DNA of 64,000 bases, from positions 4,416,001 to 4,480,000 of the forward strand of contig CAWAIF010000003.1 of assembly GCA_963782055.1 (NCBI GenBank), in the 5' to 3' direction. The notes under the pieces were generated by a model. The model did no database searches. It had not been told where the DNA came from and saw only the letters and a program-made list of their open reading frames with translations. This DNA is from an uncultured delta proteobacterium (GTDB lineage Bacteria; Myxococcota_A; Polyangia; Polyangiales; Polyangiaceae). Shown here one piece after another: positions 1-9,031 of the stretch (the first letter of the stretch is position 1; every line of letters starts with the position of its first letter). The position numbers were made by a program, and so were the translations under genes.

Positions 1-80
1 AAGACGAGCAGCACGTAGCCGACGACGCAAACGAGGATCGTGGCGAGCGCGACACGCAGACTGGCGAGGAGCGATTGCAT
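1..80 (-). CDS. kdpC: K+-transporting ATPase subunit C, 5' end only (runs off window)
   Basis: ATG at 80, MQSLLASLRVALATILVCVVGYVLLV; hydrophobic KdpC-like N-terminus directly after kdpA. Confidence 0.65.
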   Translation of the reverse strand, partial: MQSLLASLRVALATILVCVVGYVLLV

Positions 81-90
81 GGCTTTACCC

Positions 91-1767
91 TCAGTGCATG
101 AACTGGAAGTGCTCGGCGATGGGACCGAGCGCCGCCACCGGGAAGAAGGTGAGCGCTCCGACCACGACGATCGTCGCGGCGAGCATCACCCCGAAGGTGC
201 TGTCGCGCACGCCGAGCGTCCCGCTGGACTCCGCCGTGGCCTTCTTCGACGCGAGTGACCCGGCGATCGCGAGCGGAAGGATGATGGGGATGAAGCGCGC
301 GAGCATCATGACGACGCCGGTCGCGATGTCCCAGGGCGCCGTCCCGTCGCCGAGGCCCTCGAACCCCGAGCCGTTGTTGGCGCTCGCCGAGCTGAACTCG
401 TAGAGCATCTCGCTGAAGCCGTGGGGGCCGGTGTTGTTCAGCGTCGTGGTCCCCCAGGACGTCACGGCGAAGATCGCCGTGCCGCCGAGGACGAGGAACG
501 CATGAGCGAGGAGCGCGAGCGCCGCGAGCTTCACCTCCCGCGCCTCCACGCGCCGGTTCAAGTACTCCGGCGTGCGGCCCACCATCATCCCGGCGATGAA
601 GACCGCGATGACGATGTAGAGGAACATGTTGATCATCCCGACGCCGACGCCGCCGAACGTCTCGTTGAGCCACATCCCGATCATCGGAAAGAGCCCGGTC
701 ATCGGGTTGAGGCTGTCGTGCATCGCGCCGACCGAGCCGTTGCTCGTCGAAGTGGTCATGACCGCCCAGAGCGGCCCGGTGGCCGCGCCGAAGCGGAGCT
801 CCTTGCCCTCGAGGTTCGGCAGATGCGTGATCGGCAGGCCCGCGAAGGCCGCCGTCGGCGCCTGCTCGAAGTGGACCGCGCCGCCGACCTTGACGAGCAG
901 GAGCGCCATCATGACGGCGAAGACGACCGTCGCGTGACCCATGCGCGAGGTCATGCGGCCGAACATCCACACGCACGCCATCGGGATCTGGGTGATCGCG
1001 ATCAGCTCGACGGCGTTGGTCCAGAACGACGGGTTCTCGAACGGATGCGTGCTGTTCGGGCCGAAGAAGCCGCCGCCGTTGGTGCCGATCTGCTTGATGG
1101 CCACGAAGGCTGCAACCGGACCTCGGGCGATGAGCTGCTCGGCGCCTTCGAGCGTCGTCGCGTGGGCCGCGCCGTGGAAGGTCATCGGCATCCCGCCCAG
1201 GGTCAGGAGGAAGGCGACGCCGACCGCGACCGGCAAGAAGACGAGGAAGGTCGCCCGCTGGAGGTCGACGAAGAAGTTCCCGAGCTGCTTGCGCCCGGCG
1301 AGTCCGCGCGCCATCGCCGCGAGCGCGGCGACGCCGGTCGCCGCCGAGACGAACTGGAGCCACATCAGCGCGAAGAGCTGCGAGAGGTAGCTCATCTGCT
1401 GCTCGCCGGAGTAGTGCTGGAGGTTCGTGTTCGTGGTGAACGACGCCGTCGTGTTGAAGACGGTGTGGGGCTCGAGCGCCTTCATCCCGTCCGGGTTGAG
1501 CGGCAGGTGCTGCTGGAGCGCCATCACGCCGTAGCTCACGACGAACATGACGACGTTGAAGACGAGCATGTCGACCGCGTACCGCTTCCAGCCGTGCTCT
1601 TCGCGGCCGAGCTTGCCGGCGACGGCCACGAAGAGGCGGTCCAGCCGCTCGCGGCGCGGACCGGCGCTCTCGCCGGGATCCATGGCCCATTTCATGTAGC
1701 GACCGAGCGGCCACGAGAGCGCCGCGCAGCCGCCGACGATGAGAATGACGAACAGGAGCGCGCTCAT
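91..1767 (-). CDS. kdpA: K+-transporting ATPase subunit A
   Basis: Motifs SFTTNTNLQHYSGE, IKQIGTNGGGFFG, SASANNGSGFEGL; start chosen at MSALLF. Confidence 0.97.
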   Translation of the reverse strand: MSALLFVILIVGGCAALSWPLGRYMKWAMDPGESAGPRRERLDRLFVAVAGKLGREEHGWKRYAVDMLVFNVVMFVVSYGVMALQQHLPLNPDGMKALEPHTVFNTTASFTTNTNLQHYSGEQQMSYLSQLFALMWLQFVSAATGVAALAAMARGLAGRKQLGNFFVDLQRATFLVFLPVAVGVAFLLTLGGMPMTFHGAAHATTLEGAEQLIARGPVAAFVAIKQIGTNGGGFFGPNSTHPFENPSFWTNAVELIAITQIPMACVWMFGRMTSRMGHATVVFAVMMALLLVKVGGAVHFEQAPTAAFAGLPITHLPNLEGKELRFGAATGPLWAVMTTSTSNGSVGAMHDSLNPMTGLFPMIGMWLNETFGGVGVGMINMFLYIVIAVFIAGMMVGRTPEYLNRRVEAREVKLAALALLAHAFLVLGGTAIFAVTSWGTTTLNNTGPHGFSEMLYEFSSASANNGSGFEGLGDGTAPWDIATGVVMMLARFIPIILPLAIAGSLASKKATAESSGTLGVRDSTFGVMLAATIVVVGALTFFPVAALGPIAEHFQFMH

Positions 1768-1859
1768 GGCTTTTGCTCCGTACGCGCCGTCGCGCTGGTG
1801 AGCGCGAACATCAGCGCGAAGCACGCGAGGCCGAGCAGCAGGTAGAGAAGGTTGCTCAT
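1764..1859 (-). CDS. 31-aa membrane peptide of the kdp operon
   Basis: MSNLLYLLLGLACFALMFALTSATARTEQKP; ATGA overlaps with both kdpF and kdpA. Confidence 0.7.
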   Translation of the reverse strand: MSNLLYLLLGLACFALMFALTSATARTEQKP

Positions 1860-1948
1860 TGCATCGACTCCGGTTTCAGCATCGCGAACATCAGGTAGAC
1901 GAAGAGCGCGGCGGCGACGACGAGGCCGATCCAGTAAAGGGGTGTCAT
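1856..1948 (-). CDS. kdpF: K+-transporting ATPase subunit F
   Basis: MTPLYWIGLVVAAALFVYLMFAMLKPESMQ, typical YL..A...PE motif; AGGAG RBS. Confidence 0.88.
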   Translation of the reverse strand: MTPLYWIGLVVAAALFVYLMFAMLKPESMQ

Positions 1949-1961
1949 GGGAGACTCCTGA

Positions 1962-3353
1962 TCAGAACCAGGCGGTGGCGCCGAGGGTGAGGGTGTCTTG
2001 GGAGGTGGTGTTGGGCACGTACGGCGTCGTGACGCCGTCGCCGGTGACCTGACCGCGGAAGAACATGTCGCCGTCGGCATGGTCGTGGCGGTACTCCAGC
2101 CGGATGGAGAGGTGGTCGGGCGTCGGGCGGACGTCGATCGTCGCCGTGGCCGAGCTGACCCAGTCGGTGGGCCAGAGGATGGCGGACGCGCCGGTCGGAA
2201 CGGACTCGTAGAAGGCGTCGCCGCGCGCCGCGAGGTAGAGCCAATCGGCGATCTTCACGCGCGCGTAGAGCGCGCCGGCGGCCCAGCTCGACGTCCCGAA
2301 GCGGTTCGGCTCGAAGCCGCTGTTCGCGTGCAGCAGCATCGAGAAGCGCGAGTTGAAATCGAGCTGAGCGTAGCCGTCGAAGTCGCTCCGCCAGTACGGC
2401 CCCTCCGGCGCTCCGGTCGACCGCTCGACGCCGCCGAAGTAGAGCAGGTGTCCGGTGAAGATGCCCTTCTTGTAATCGACGCTCGTCGAGACCGATTTTT
2501 CGTCGTTGTTGTCGACGACGCTGTTCCAGCCGTTGTAGCCGGCGAGCGTCGCGACGAGACCGTTGCCGAAGTCGTAACTGGCGCGAACGCCCGTGTGATA
2601 GGCCGGCAGCGCGAAGAACACGTCGGAGCGCGACCAGTTCCAGTTGTCCTTGGCCGCGATCCCCTCGGCACCGATCGGAGACAGGAAGAGCCCCGCCTGA
2701 AGCAGCAGCCCGTTTCCGATGGGGGCCTTCCAGCCGAGGTTTGCCTCCTGGACGTACTTCCAGAGATCGCCGTCGCTGGCCGCCGCGCCGCCCGCCCCAG
2801 GCGAAACAGGCTCGCCGAGATAATAGGTCGACGGCGTCTGACCCACTTGCAGCACGACCTTCGCGGTGACGCTCGCGTAGTCGAGCGTGGCGCCGGCGGC
2901 GACGTTCTGGAGCGTGAAGGTGTTGTGGCGGTTGTCGTAGCCGCGATAGTTCGTGATGCCGTTGGACGGCTCGTTGAAGTTCCACGAGTACGCCGTCTCG
3001 ACGTAGCCGAGCGGCGTCACCTTGGCCTCCGGCGCCGCGTCGGTCTTCACCGCGGGGGCCACCTGCGCGGGCGGCGCGGCGGAGGACTGCGCCGCCGACG
3101 CGGTGGGTTGCGCGGCGCTGGGCTGCGCAGCGGCGGTCGTGGCCGGCGGCGGGGGCGCGGTCTGCGACGGGGCGGCGCTGCCCTGCTGGGCGGTCGAGGT
3201 CGGCTGTCCTGCGTCCACCGTCGCCGTCGCCTGCGCCGTCTCGCTCGGCGCGGGCTGCGCGAGCACCGGAACGGCGAACGCGACGACCGAAAGGCACGCG
3301 ACACCGGCGAGGATTCGAGAGCGAGAGTGGGTCATGGCTTTTGAGGAGGTCAT
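1962..3353 (-). CDS. Outer-membrane beta-barrel porin, kdp-associated
   Basis: Signal peptide, Ala/Pro linker, beta-strand pattern, RLEYRHD, C-terminal aromatic F. Confidence 0.8.
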   Translation of the reverse strand: MTSSKAMTHSRSRILAGVACLSVVAFAVPVLAQPAPSETAQATATVDAGQPTSTAQQGSAAPSQTAPPPPATTAAAQPSAAQPTASAAQSSAAPPAQVAPAVKTDAAPEAKVTPLGYVETAYSWNFNEPSNGITNYRGYDNRHNTFTLQNVAAGATLDYASVTAKVVLQVGQTPSTYYLGEPVSPGAGGAAASDGDLWKYVQEANLGWKAPIGNGLLLQAGLFLSPIGAEGIAAKDNWNWSRSDVFFALPAYHTGVRASYDFGNGLVATLAGYNGWNSVVDNNDEKSVSTSVDYKKGIFTGHLLYFGGVERSTGAPEGPYWRSDFDGYAQLDFNSRFSMLLHANSGFEPNRFGTSSWAAGALYARVKIADWLYLAARGDAFYESVPTGASAILWPTDWVSSATATIDVRPTPDHLSIRLEYRHDHADGDMFFRGQVTGDGVTTPYVPNTTSQDTLTLGATAWF

Positions 3354-3370
3354 GTCGATGGCGCGTGGAC

Positions 3371-3406
3371 GTTAAGGACCGGCGAATAAAGAAACGATAA
3401 ATTCGG
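3371..3406 (-). promoter_or_regulatory. Putative KdpE-type operator/promoter, copy 1
   Basis: AT-rich 36-bp motif (minus strand TTTATCGTTTCTTTAT) upstream of porin-kdp operon, repeated at 3782-3817. Confidence 0.55.
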
Positions 3407-3557
3407 CGTTTCGCCGCGCGCGGTCGCTCGAGGGCAGCAAGGCATGGGCCACCTCTGCAGAGCGCGCATGTCCCCTTCGCGGGAAGCGCGCGCCCACGCG
3501 TAGCACGTGTGCGGGTGGGTCATGCGCTCACGCCATGCACCCAGCGACGGACCACGG

Positions 3558-3770
3558 TCAGTGTCGCGCCGCAGGCGCGGCTTGTGTCTCCGCTGACTCT
3601 TGAAAGAGGGGTCGAGCTCCAGCGCGCGCGCCGCGCTCCGACTGGGCCGCGATCGACGCCACGACCGCGAGCAGGGCGAGCGAGGTGACGAGCGAGCCCA
3701 CCAACCAGGCGATGGGAACGACCGAGTCCACGAGGCGCATGACTTCTGGCGGGGTTACGTCGGGCTTCAT
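3558..3770 (-). CDS. Small membrane protein
   Basis: 70-aa ORF with one hydrophobic helix, downstream of second operator copy. Confidence 0.5.
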   Translation of the reverse strand: MKPDVTPPEVMRLVDSVVPIAWLVGSLVTSLALLAVVASIAAQSERGARAGARPLFQESAETQAAPAARH

Positions 3771-3781
3771 GATGCGATCAC

Positions 3782-3817
3782 GTTAGGAACCGCGCGCCAA
3801 AGAAACGGTAAATTCGG
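3782..3817 (-). promoter_or_regulatory. Putative KdpE-type operator/promoter, copy 2
   Basis: gttaggaaccgcgcgccaaagaaacggtaaattcgg vs gttaaggaccggcgaataaagaaacgataaattcgg. Confidence 0.5.
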
Positions 3818-4028
3818 TTCGGACTCCTCCGTTTGAGCGCGATGGCTCGCGCCCGCCGGCGGCAGCGGCGCGAGCCGGCAACAGAGAGACTACTCTCGCC
3901 GGCGTCCGGTGACTCCGGTTGGCGTTGCGCACCGGCGGGGAGGACGAGGCTGGCTCGGCGAGCGAAGGAAGCGCCAGGTCCGGCCATTTAGTGAGCCTTT
4001 AGCGGTGGCTGGTCATACTGCCTGCGTC

Positions 4029-4268
4029 ATGTCTCACCCTTACCGGACGCCAGCGAGCGAGCCCGAGAGCCCGGCGCCGCGCGACACGCGCGCCGCGCTG
4101 GTGCTCGACGCCGAGATCGTGCTCCTGATCATCTCGACGATTGGCGTCGTGCACGGCTGCCGGCAGGGCTTCACCGCCGTCGACGGCGCCGCCTTCGCGG
4201 CGTTCCTCTTCTCCGCGCGGGAGATTGTCCGCGCCGTGTGGCGCCGGTACCGCGTCGCTCCCGGTTGA
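4029..4268 (+). CDS. Small membrane protein
   Basis: MSHPYRTP start, two hydrophobic segments. Confidence 0.55.
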   Translation: MSHPYRTPASEPESPAPRDTRAALVLDAEIVLLIISTIGVVHGCRQGFTAVDGAAFAAFLFSAREIVRAVWRRYRVAPG

Positions 4269-4306
4269 TCGGACGCCCCCGGGCGTACTGGCGTACCATC
4301 GGTGCG

Positions 4307-4748
4307 ATGAACCCCACCGCAGCGCGCGCCCGCACGCTGGCGCACATGCGTCGTGTGCTCGCCGGCGCCACCGTCGCCGCGGCGGGCTGCTCGCACGAAA
4401 CGGCGCCGCCCACCACCGTGGTGCTGCCGGCGGCTCCGCCCGCGTCGGTCGCCGCGGCGAGCGCCGACGCGGGAGCACCCGCGCCCTCGGGAACAGCGGT
4501 GGCCGCTGCCTCGGCGTCGGCCCGGCGCGTGACGCCGAACCTCAACCCGCTCACGACGCACCCGATGATGGGGTCGGACCCTGTGCCCCCGCCCTCCTAT
4601 TGCCCGGGCGTGGGCAAGGCCTCGAAGGCGTCGGGACGGCTGTTGCACGACGCCGCCGGCACGCTCGTGGAGCTCACCGTCTCGCTCCCCGCCTCCGGCC
4701 CGAACGCCGCGACCTTCTCCGCCGCCGGGCAGCCGTCGGCCGCGCAAC
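4307..4748 (+). pseudogene. Lipoprotein truncated by 100-bp repeat
   Basis: Lipobox AAGC, Ala/Pro linker; frame runs into the repeat at 4749. Confidence 0.6.
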
Positions 4749-4848
4749 CACCCTGGTCCGTCCTTCCAGTGACACCGGACGGCCCCACTTCGCATAAGAT
4801 GGATTCCGTAAACTTTCGCGCCCGACCGCGCTAGGATTTCCTATGCGC
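4749..4848 (+). repeat. 100-bp dif-like unit, copy 1
   Basis: CACCCTGGTCCGTCC...ACTTCGCATAA GATGGA TTCCGTAAACT...TCCTATGCGC. Confidence 0.97.
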
Positions 4849-4850
4849 CC

Positions 4851-6770
4851 ATGACCGACCTCGACAGCCCCCTGTCGACGGTGCCTCACCCCAACGACAC
4901 CCAGGCCATGCGGGCCTACACGCAGACCTACGACTACGACGAGGTCGGCAACATCCTCGGGATGTTCCACACCGCCACCAGCGCCAACTGGAACCGCCAC
5001 TACACCTACGACTCCTCCAGCAACAAGCTCGCCACGACCGAGATGCCCGGCAATCCCTCCGGCGGCCCCTACTCCGGCACCTACTCCCACGACGAGCGCG
5101 GCAACATGACGGCCATGCCGCACCTGTCCACCATCGCGTGGGACTGGGCCGACCGCATGCAGAGTGCGGACCTCGGCGGAGGTGGTACGGTCTACTTCGT
5201 GTACGACTCCGCCGGCCAGCGCGTGCGCAAGGTCTGGGACAAGACGAGCGCCCTGCGCGACGAGCGCATCTACCTCGGCGGGTACGAGATCTGGCGGGAG
5301 TCGACCGTCTCCGGCGGGACTGCCACGGTGCAGGAGGAGCGACAGACCCTGCACGTCATGGACGACGTGCGGCGCATCGCGATGGTCGAGACCCTCACGG
5401 TGACGGGCGGGAGCACCGTGACCTCGCCGACGTCACGGCAGCGCTACCAGCTCGCCGATCAGCTCGAGTCCACGTGCGTCGAGGTCAAGGAGGACGGGAG
5501 CATCATCTCCTACGAGGAGTACTTCCCCTTCGGGGCAACGTCCTTCCGGTCGGAGACCGGGGAGGTCAGCAAGCGCAGGTACCGCTACAACGGCAAGGAG
5601 AGGGACGAGGAGACCGCGCTGCACTACTACGGGGCGCGGTACTACGCGGCGTGGCTTGGGAGATGGACACGACTAGACCCGGTCACCGTTGACGGGCCAA
5701 ACCGTTATGCCTATGTCCGTAACAACCCCGTTCGCATCCGAGATCCTCACGGTCTGGCGGGAGACCCAAGACTCACCAGCCTCGAAAATGCAGCACGGGG
5801 CGCGGTTGCCGTGGTAGCCGGGAGAGTCGGGATTGACCCCGCAGCAGCAGCAAGCGCAACCGCAGACCTAGAACAGCGCGCAAGGGACGCACTGTTCCGA
5901 CAGCAGCGGCAGCACGTGGGGCCGCGACACCTAACGAGCCTCCGACGCACAGACGAGCTAAACGTTCAGACCCCTACGGAGAAACTCCACCTTCCAAAAG
6001 TGCGCTCTGCCACTACACAGGCGTTGACTGCGGGCGGCGAGGGCGGCAACGGCAGCGTACGCATACGCACATACCCAACTGGTCGACCAATACACACTGT
6101 ACCGGATCCGGTGGGACAACCTGGCGCGATCGAGGGAATGATCCCGGTGTGGGGGGCAGGCCGGACTGCCATTGATGAACTCCAGCGCAACCACCCGGTG
6201 GCGGGGATCTTCTGGTCCGGCATGGCGATCAGCGACATCTTCTTCGTCAAAGGCGCAGTGGTCGGGGGCGCGCGTGCGCTTGGCCGTCTCGCGTTCCGGG
6301 AGCTTCTTGAACAGAGCGAGCGAAATAGCGCAGAAGGGTTAGCGCGAGCGGGAAGAACTCTTTATGAGGGAGAAGCTTCGCGCGGCCTGGAGAGCCTCAA
6401 ACAGGAGCAGGGTGCAGGACGAGCCGTGGCGACACAGGAAGAGAGGGCCCTTTTCGATGCAAGCAAGACTACCGACACACTTTACCAGGGAACCGCAACA
6501 ATAGACAACAACGGCGCGCGGTTCATAAAGGCCACGTCGATTTTGGCAAAGATGCAGCTTACCGCAGTCCAGAAGGCTCAAGTAGTTCAGGGCTTTGCAA
6601 CAAAGATTGGGTTCGGATTCGGAGCGGAAGGTCTCGTCAGCAAAGATGCGTATCTACTGCTCCGTTCAGAGGACCACAGATACGCCTTCCGCTTCCTTAG
6701 GGCGACCGGCGCCATTGAGTACGGAAAGTTCGATATGGCAACCATGAACTATGCGTGGAAGCAACTATGA
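4851..6770 (+). CDS. Rhs core fragment with C-terminal putative toxin domain (5'-truncated)
   Basis: YD repeats, RYRYNGKERDEET, YYGARYY, PNRYAYVRNNPVRIRDPHG, then lower-GC tail; starts mid-Rhs 2 bp after repeat. Confidence 0.9.
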   Translation: MTDLDSPLSTVPHPNDTQAMRAYTQTYDYDEVGNILGMFHTATSANWNRHYTYDSSSNKLATTEMPGNPSGGPYSGTYSHDERGNMTAMPHLSTIAWDWADRMQSADLGGGGTVYFVYDSAGQRVRKVWDKTSALRDERIYLGGYEIWRESTVSGGTATVQEERQTLHVMDDVRRIAMVETLTVTGGSTVTSPTSRQRYQLADQLESTCVEVKEDGSIISYEEYFPFGATSFRSETGEVSKRRYRYNGKERDEETALHYYGARYYAAWLGRWTRLDPVTVDGPNRYAYVRNNPVRIRDPHGLAGDPRLTSLENAARGAVAVVAGRVGIDPAAAASATADLEQRARDALFRQQRQHVGPRHLTSLRRTDELNVQTPTEKLHLPKVRSATTQALTAGGEGGNGSVRIRTYPTGRPIHTVPDPVGQPGAIEGMIPVWGAGRTAIDELQRNHPVAGIFWSGMAISDIFFVKGAVVGGARALGRLAFRELLEQSERNSAEGLARAGRTLYEGEASRGLESLKQEQGAGRAVATQEERALFDASKTTDTLYQGTATIDNNGARFIKATSILAKMQLTAVQKAQVVQGFATKIGFGFGAEGLVSKDAYLLLRSEDHRYAFRFLRATGAIEYGKFDMATMNYAWKQL

Positions 6771-7261
6771 TAGACGAGAATCGCAGATGGCTAGCAATCT
6801 ACTTGGAGTGCGCAGGGCCTGGTGCGGCCAGCGCCCGAGCACTCGAACAGTACGGCGCGAGCGCTGTCGCCGCAGCCCGCGCACACTGGGCCGGGCGCTT
6901 TCTCATTGGGCGCACATCTATCGGAGATATACTTGATGAACTGGGCAAGCCGGAGCGCGCCGAGGGAGGCAGACTCTACTACCGACTACCTACGAGGGAG
7001 AGCTACTACTACATGCTGACGGCCAAGAACGACATTTTGGTCGGCGCGGCATTCGTACGAAAGGAAGGGGTCCGACGGCGCCCGTTTAGTCAGTTCGATG
7101 CGAGTGCGGCAGAGTTGCTTCGGCGAATGGGCGCGACTCAAGAGGAGGTCTTTGCTTGGCTTGGGCCGCCCGCGGAGGAGTTTGGTTGGTGGCCGAATGA
7201 GACGTGGAGGTACGGTGACGGCACGTTTCTCGAATTTCGACACGGAATGATGGACTTGTAG
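6767..7261 (+). CDS. Putative Rhs immunity protein
   Basis: ATGA overlap with the Rhs stop; 164 aa. Confidence 0.6.
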   Translation: MIDENRRWLAIYLECAGPGAASARALEQYGASAVAAARAHWAGRFLIGRTSIGDILDELGKPERAEGGRLYYRLPTRESYYYMLTAKNDILVGAAFVRKEGVRRRPFSQFDASAAELLRRMGATQEEVFAWLGPPAEEFGWWPNETWRYGDGTFLEFRHGMMDL

Positions 7262-7376
7262 ACTCAACTGGGCATCGTCCCGCGGCATGTTGAAAGTTGA
7301 GGTGTGTTTGAACAGCGTCACGTAGATCGAGGGAGAGACGCGCCGATCTGGTCACGTTCCGCGAGGGGCGGATAAA

Positions 7377-9031
7377 CCTGGATTTCGCTCGCACCGGTCC
7401 TCGGAGCGGGCGCGGGCGTCGCACGGGTCGGCGCGTCCCGGATCGGTGCCCGGCACGGCTGCCGCGCACGATAAGCGCGTAGCGTGAGCACACGTCCCCC
7501 TTTCCCCCGCCTCGCAAACCAAGTTGTGTGCCGGTCAATTCAGCATCGGGCGAGGAGCGAGTCGCAGCTGCCAGCGACCCCCGACGCGCAGCAGGCGAGC
7601 GGGCACCAGGACGCAGGCGCGACGCATCCAGGTCGCGCGCCAGTGTGCCACGGCGGTCCCCGGGCACAGCGACAGCACCCAGCGACGCATCAGGTTGTAG
7701 GCCAGCAGCTTGAGCAGCAACGCGGCCTCGTTGGCGTCGAAGGTGTTCGTCGGGGCGTAGCCGATGCCGAAGGCGTTCTTGAGCTCGGCGAAGAGCGGCT
7801 CGATCCCCGCCCGGCCGTCGTAGAAGCGCGCCACGTCGTCGGCGTCGCGGTCGTGATCGTTGGTCAGGTAGACCTGCGCCGAGTAGTCGAGGTCCTCCCA
7901 GAGGTGGACCTGCTTGCCGGTGTCGCGCTCGCTGGTCCGCACCGCCACCACGCGCCAGCCGGGAGGCCAGTCGTCGCGGCGGAAGTCCACCACGGCGACC
8001 TGTCGCGTCGGCTCGCCGAAGGCATCGCGATCGGTCGTGCGCCAGCGCGTCGTGCGCGCGACGGCGCTCATCAGGTTGGCGGTCTGCCGCATCTTCGCCA
8101 CGAAGTACGCCCCGCCGCGCTCGACCGCAGAAAGCAGCGCTGCAGACTCTCCGCCGGAGTCGATCCGCATCGTCACCACGGCTTTCGGCGCGGCGCGATG
8201 CAGCCGTCCGATCCACTGCGCGATGTCCTCGACGTCGTCCTCGCCGATGCCCGTGTCGCCCGGCCGCAGCCGCGCTCCGAGCATCGTATCGGTCTCGGCG
8301 ATGCGCGCCAGGATCGGGTGATAGCTCACGCGGCCGTGGTAGCGCGGGTTGTAGCCGACGTGCGCTCCCTCTTGCTCGCCGAACAGCGGCGTCACCGTCG
8401 TGTCCACGTCGATGGTCAGCTCCTTGGCGCGGAGCTTGGTGAGCGGCTCGAGCCCCTGCTCGGCCATCAGCTCTTCCAGCCTCTCGAGCTCGCGGCCCCT
8501 GAAGCGCCGCAGATCGTCGTAGAGCACGTCGATGCTCGGCACGATGCCGCCGGCGAGGTGCCGGAACACCGGGTCCGTCGCGAGCACCTCGAAGTCGAAG
8601 ATGCGCCGCGCTCCCGCCACCGACGCGTCGAGCAGAAGCTGAATCTGCGCCGCCATCGGATAGACCACCTGCGCTCCGGTCTTGAGGTGCCCGAAGTCCC
8701 GCCGAAGCCGACGCCCGAGTCCAATCCCCTGCACGAACGCGTTGAAGGACGCGAGGCCCCCGAGTCCCGACAACCTCGGGTCCGGCCGCCCCACCTCCAG
8801 CCCGCTCGCGCGTGCTCGCCGCACCCGGCGATTCGCCCGCTGCCACTCCCACCCCTCGGGACGCTTGCTTCCGAGCTGCTCTCGTCGCACCTTCTGGGTG
8901 CTCGGCGTGTCGCTTGCTGTTGTCTTCATCAACTCCATCAACCGGCGCGCCGAGCGCTAAATTCCAGGGCGCGCGTCGATTTTCAGGAGCGTGCATCATG
9001 CAACCGTCGCCGGAATGGAGCGAAATCTAGG
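7377..9031 (-). mobile_element. IS1380-family element, complete
   Basis: IRs CCTGGATTTCGCTC / GAGCGAAATCTAGG; 5-bp TSD ATAAA. Confidence 0.92.
7535..8941 (-). CDS. IS1380-family transposase
   Basis: TIDVDTT, GYNPRYHGRVSYHP, MRIDSG, FYDGRAGIE..FAELK. Confidence 0.92.
   Translation of the reverse strand: MMELMKTTASDTPSTQKVRREQLGSKRPEGWEWQRANRRVRRARASGLEVGRPDPRLSGLGGLASFNAFVQGIGLGRRLRRDFGHLKTGAQVVYPMAAQIQLLLDASVAGARRIFDFEVLATDPVFRHLAGGIVPSIDVLYDDLRRFRGRELERLEELMAEQGLEPLTKLRAKELTIDVDTTVTPLFGEQEGAHVGYNPRYHGRVSYHPILARIAETDTMLGARLRPGDTGIGEDDVEDIAQWIGRLHRAAPKAVVTMRIDSGGESAALLSAVERGGAYFVAKMRQTANLMSAVARTTRWRTTDRDAFGEPTRQVAVVDFRRDDWPPGWRVVAVRTSERDTGKQVHLWEDLDYSAQVYLTNDHDRDADDVARFYDGRAGIEPLFAELKNAFGIGYAPTNTFDANEAALLLKLLAYNLMRRWVLSLCPGTAVAHWRATWMRRACVLVPARLLRVGGRWQLRLAPRPMLN

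Noticed and set aside
4597..4834. Recurring ORF pieces MGPSGVTGRTDQG, MRSGAVRCHWKDGPGW, PWSVLPVTPDGPTSHK
   Set aside because: They are translations of the non-coding repeat in various frames, not a protein domain
4792..4846. Integron attC / IntI interpretation (GCATAAG...CYTATGC resembles R''/R')
   Set aside because: Core is AAG/CTT not AAC/GTT, no complementary L boxes, cargo is not single intact ORFs, and the 281-aa recombinase shows no obvious IntI-specific insertion; an IntegronFinder run would settle it
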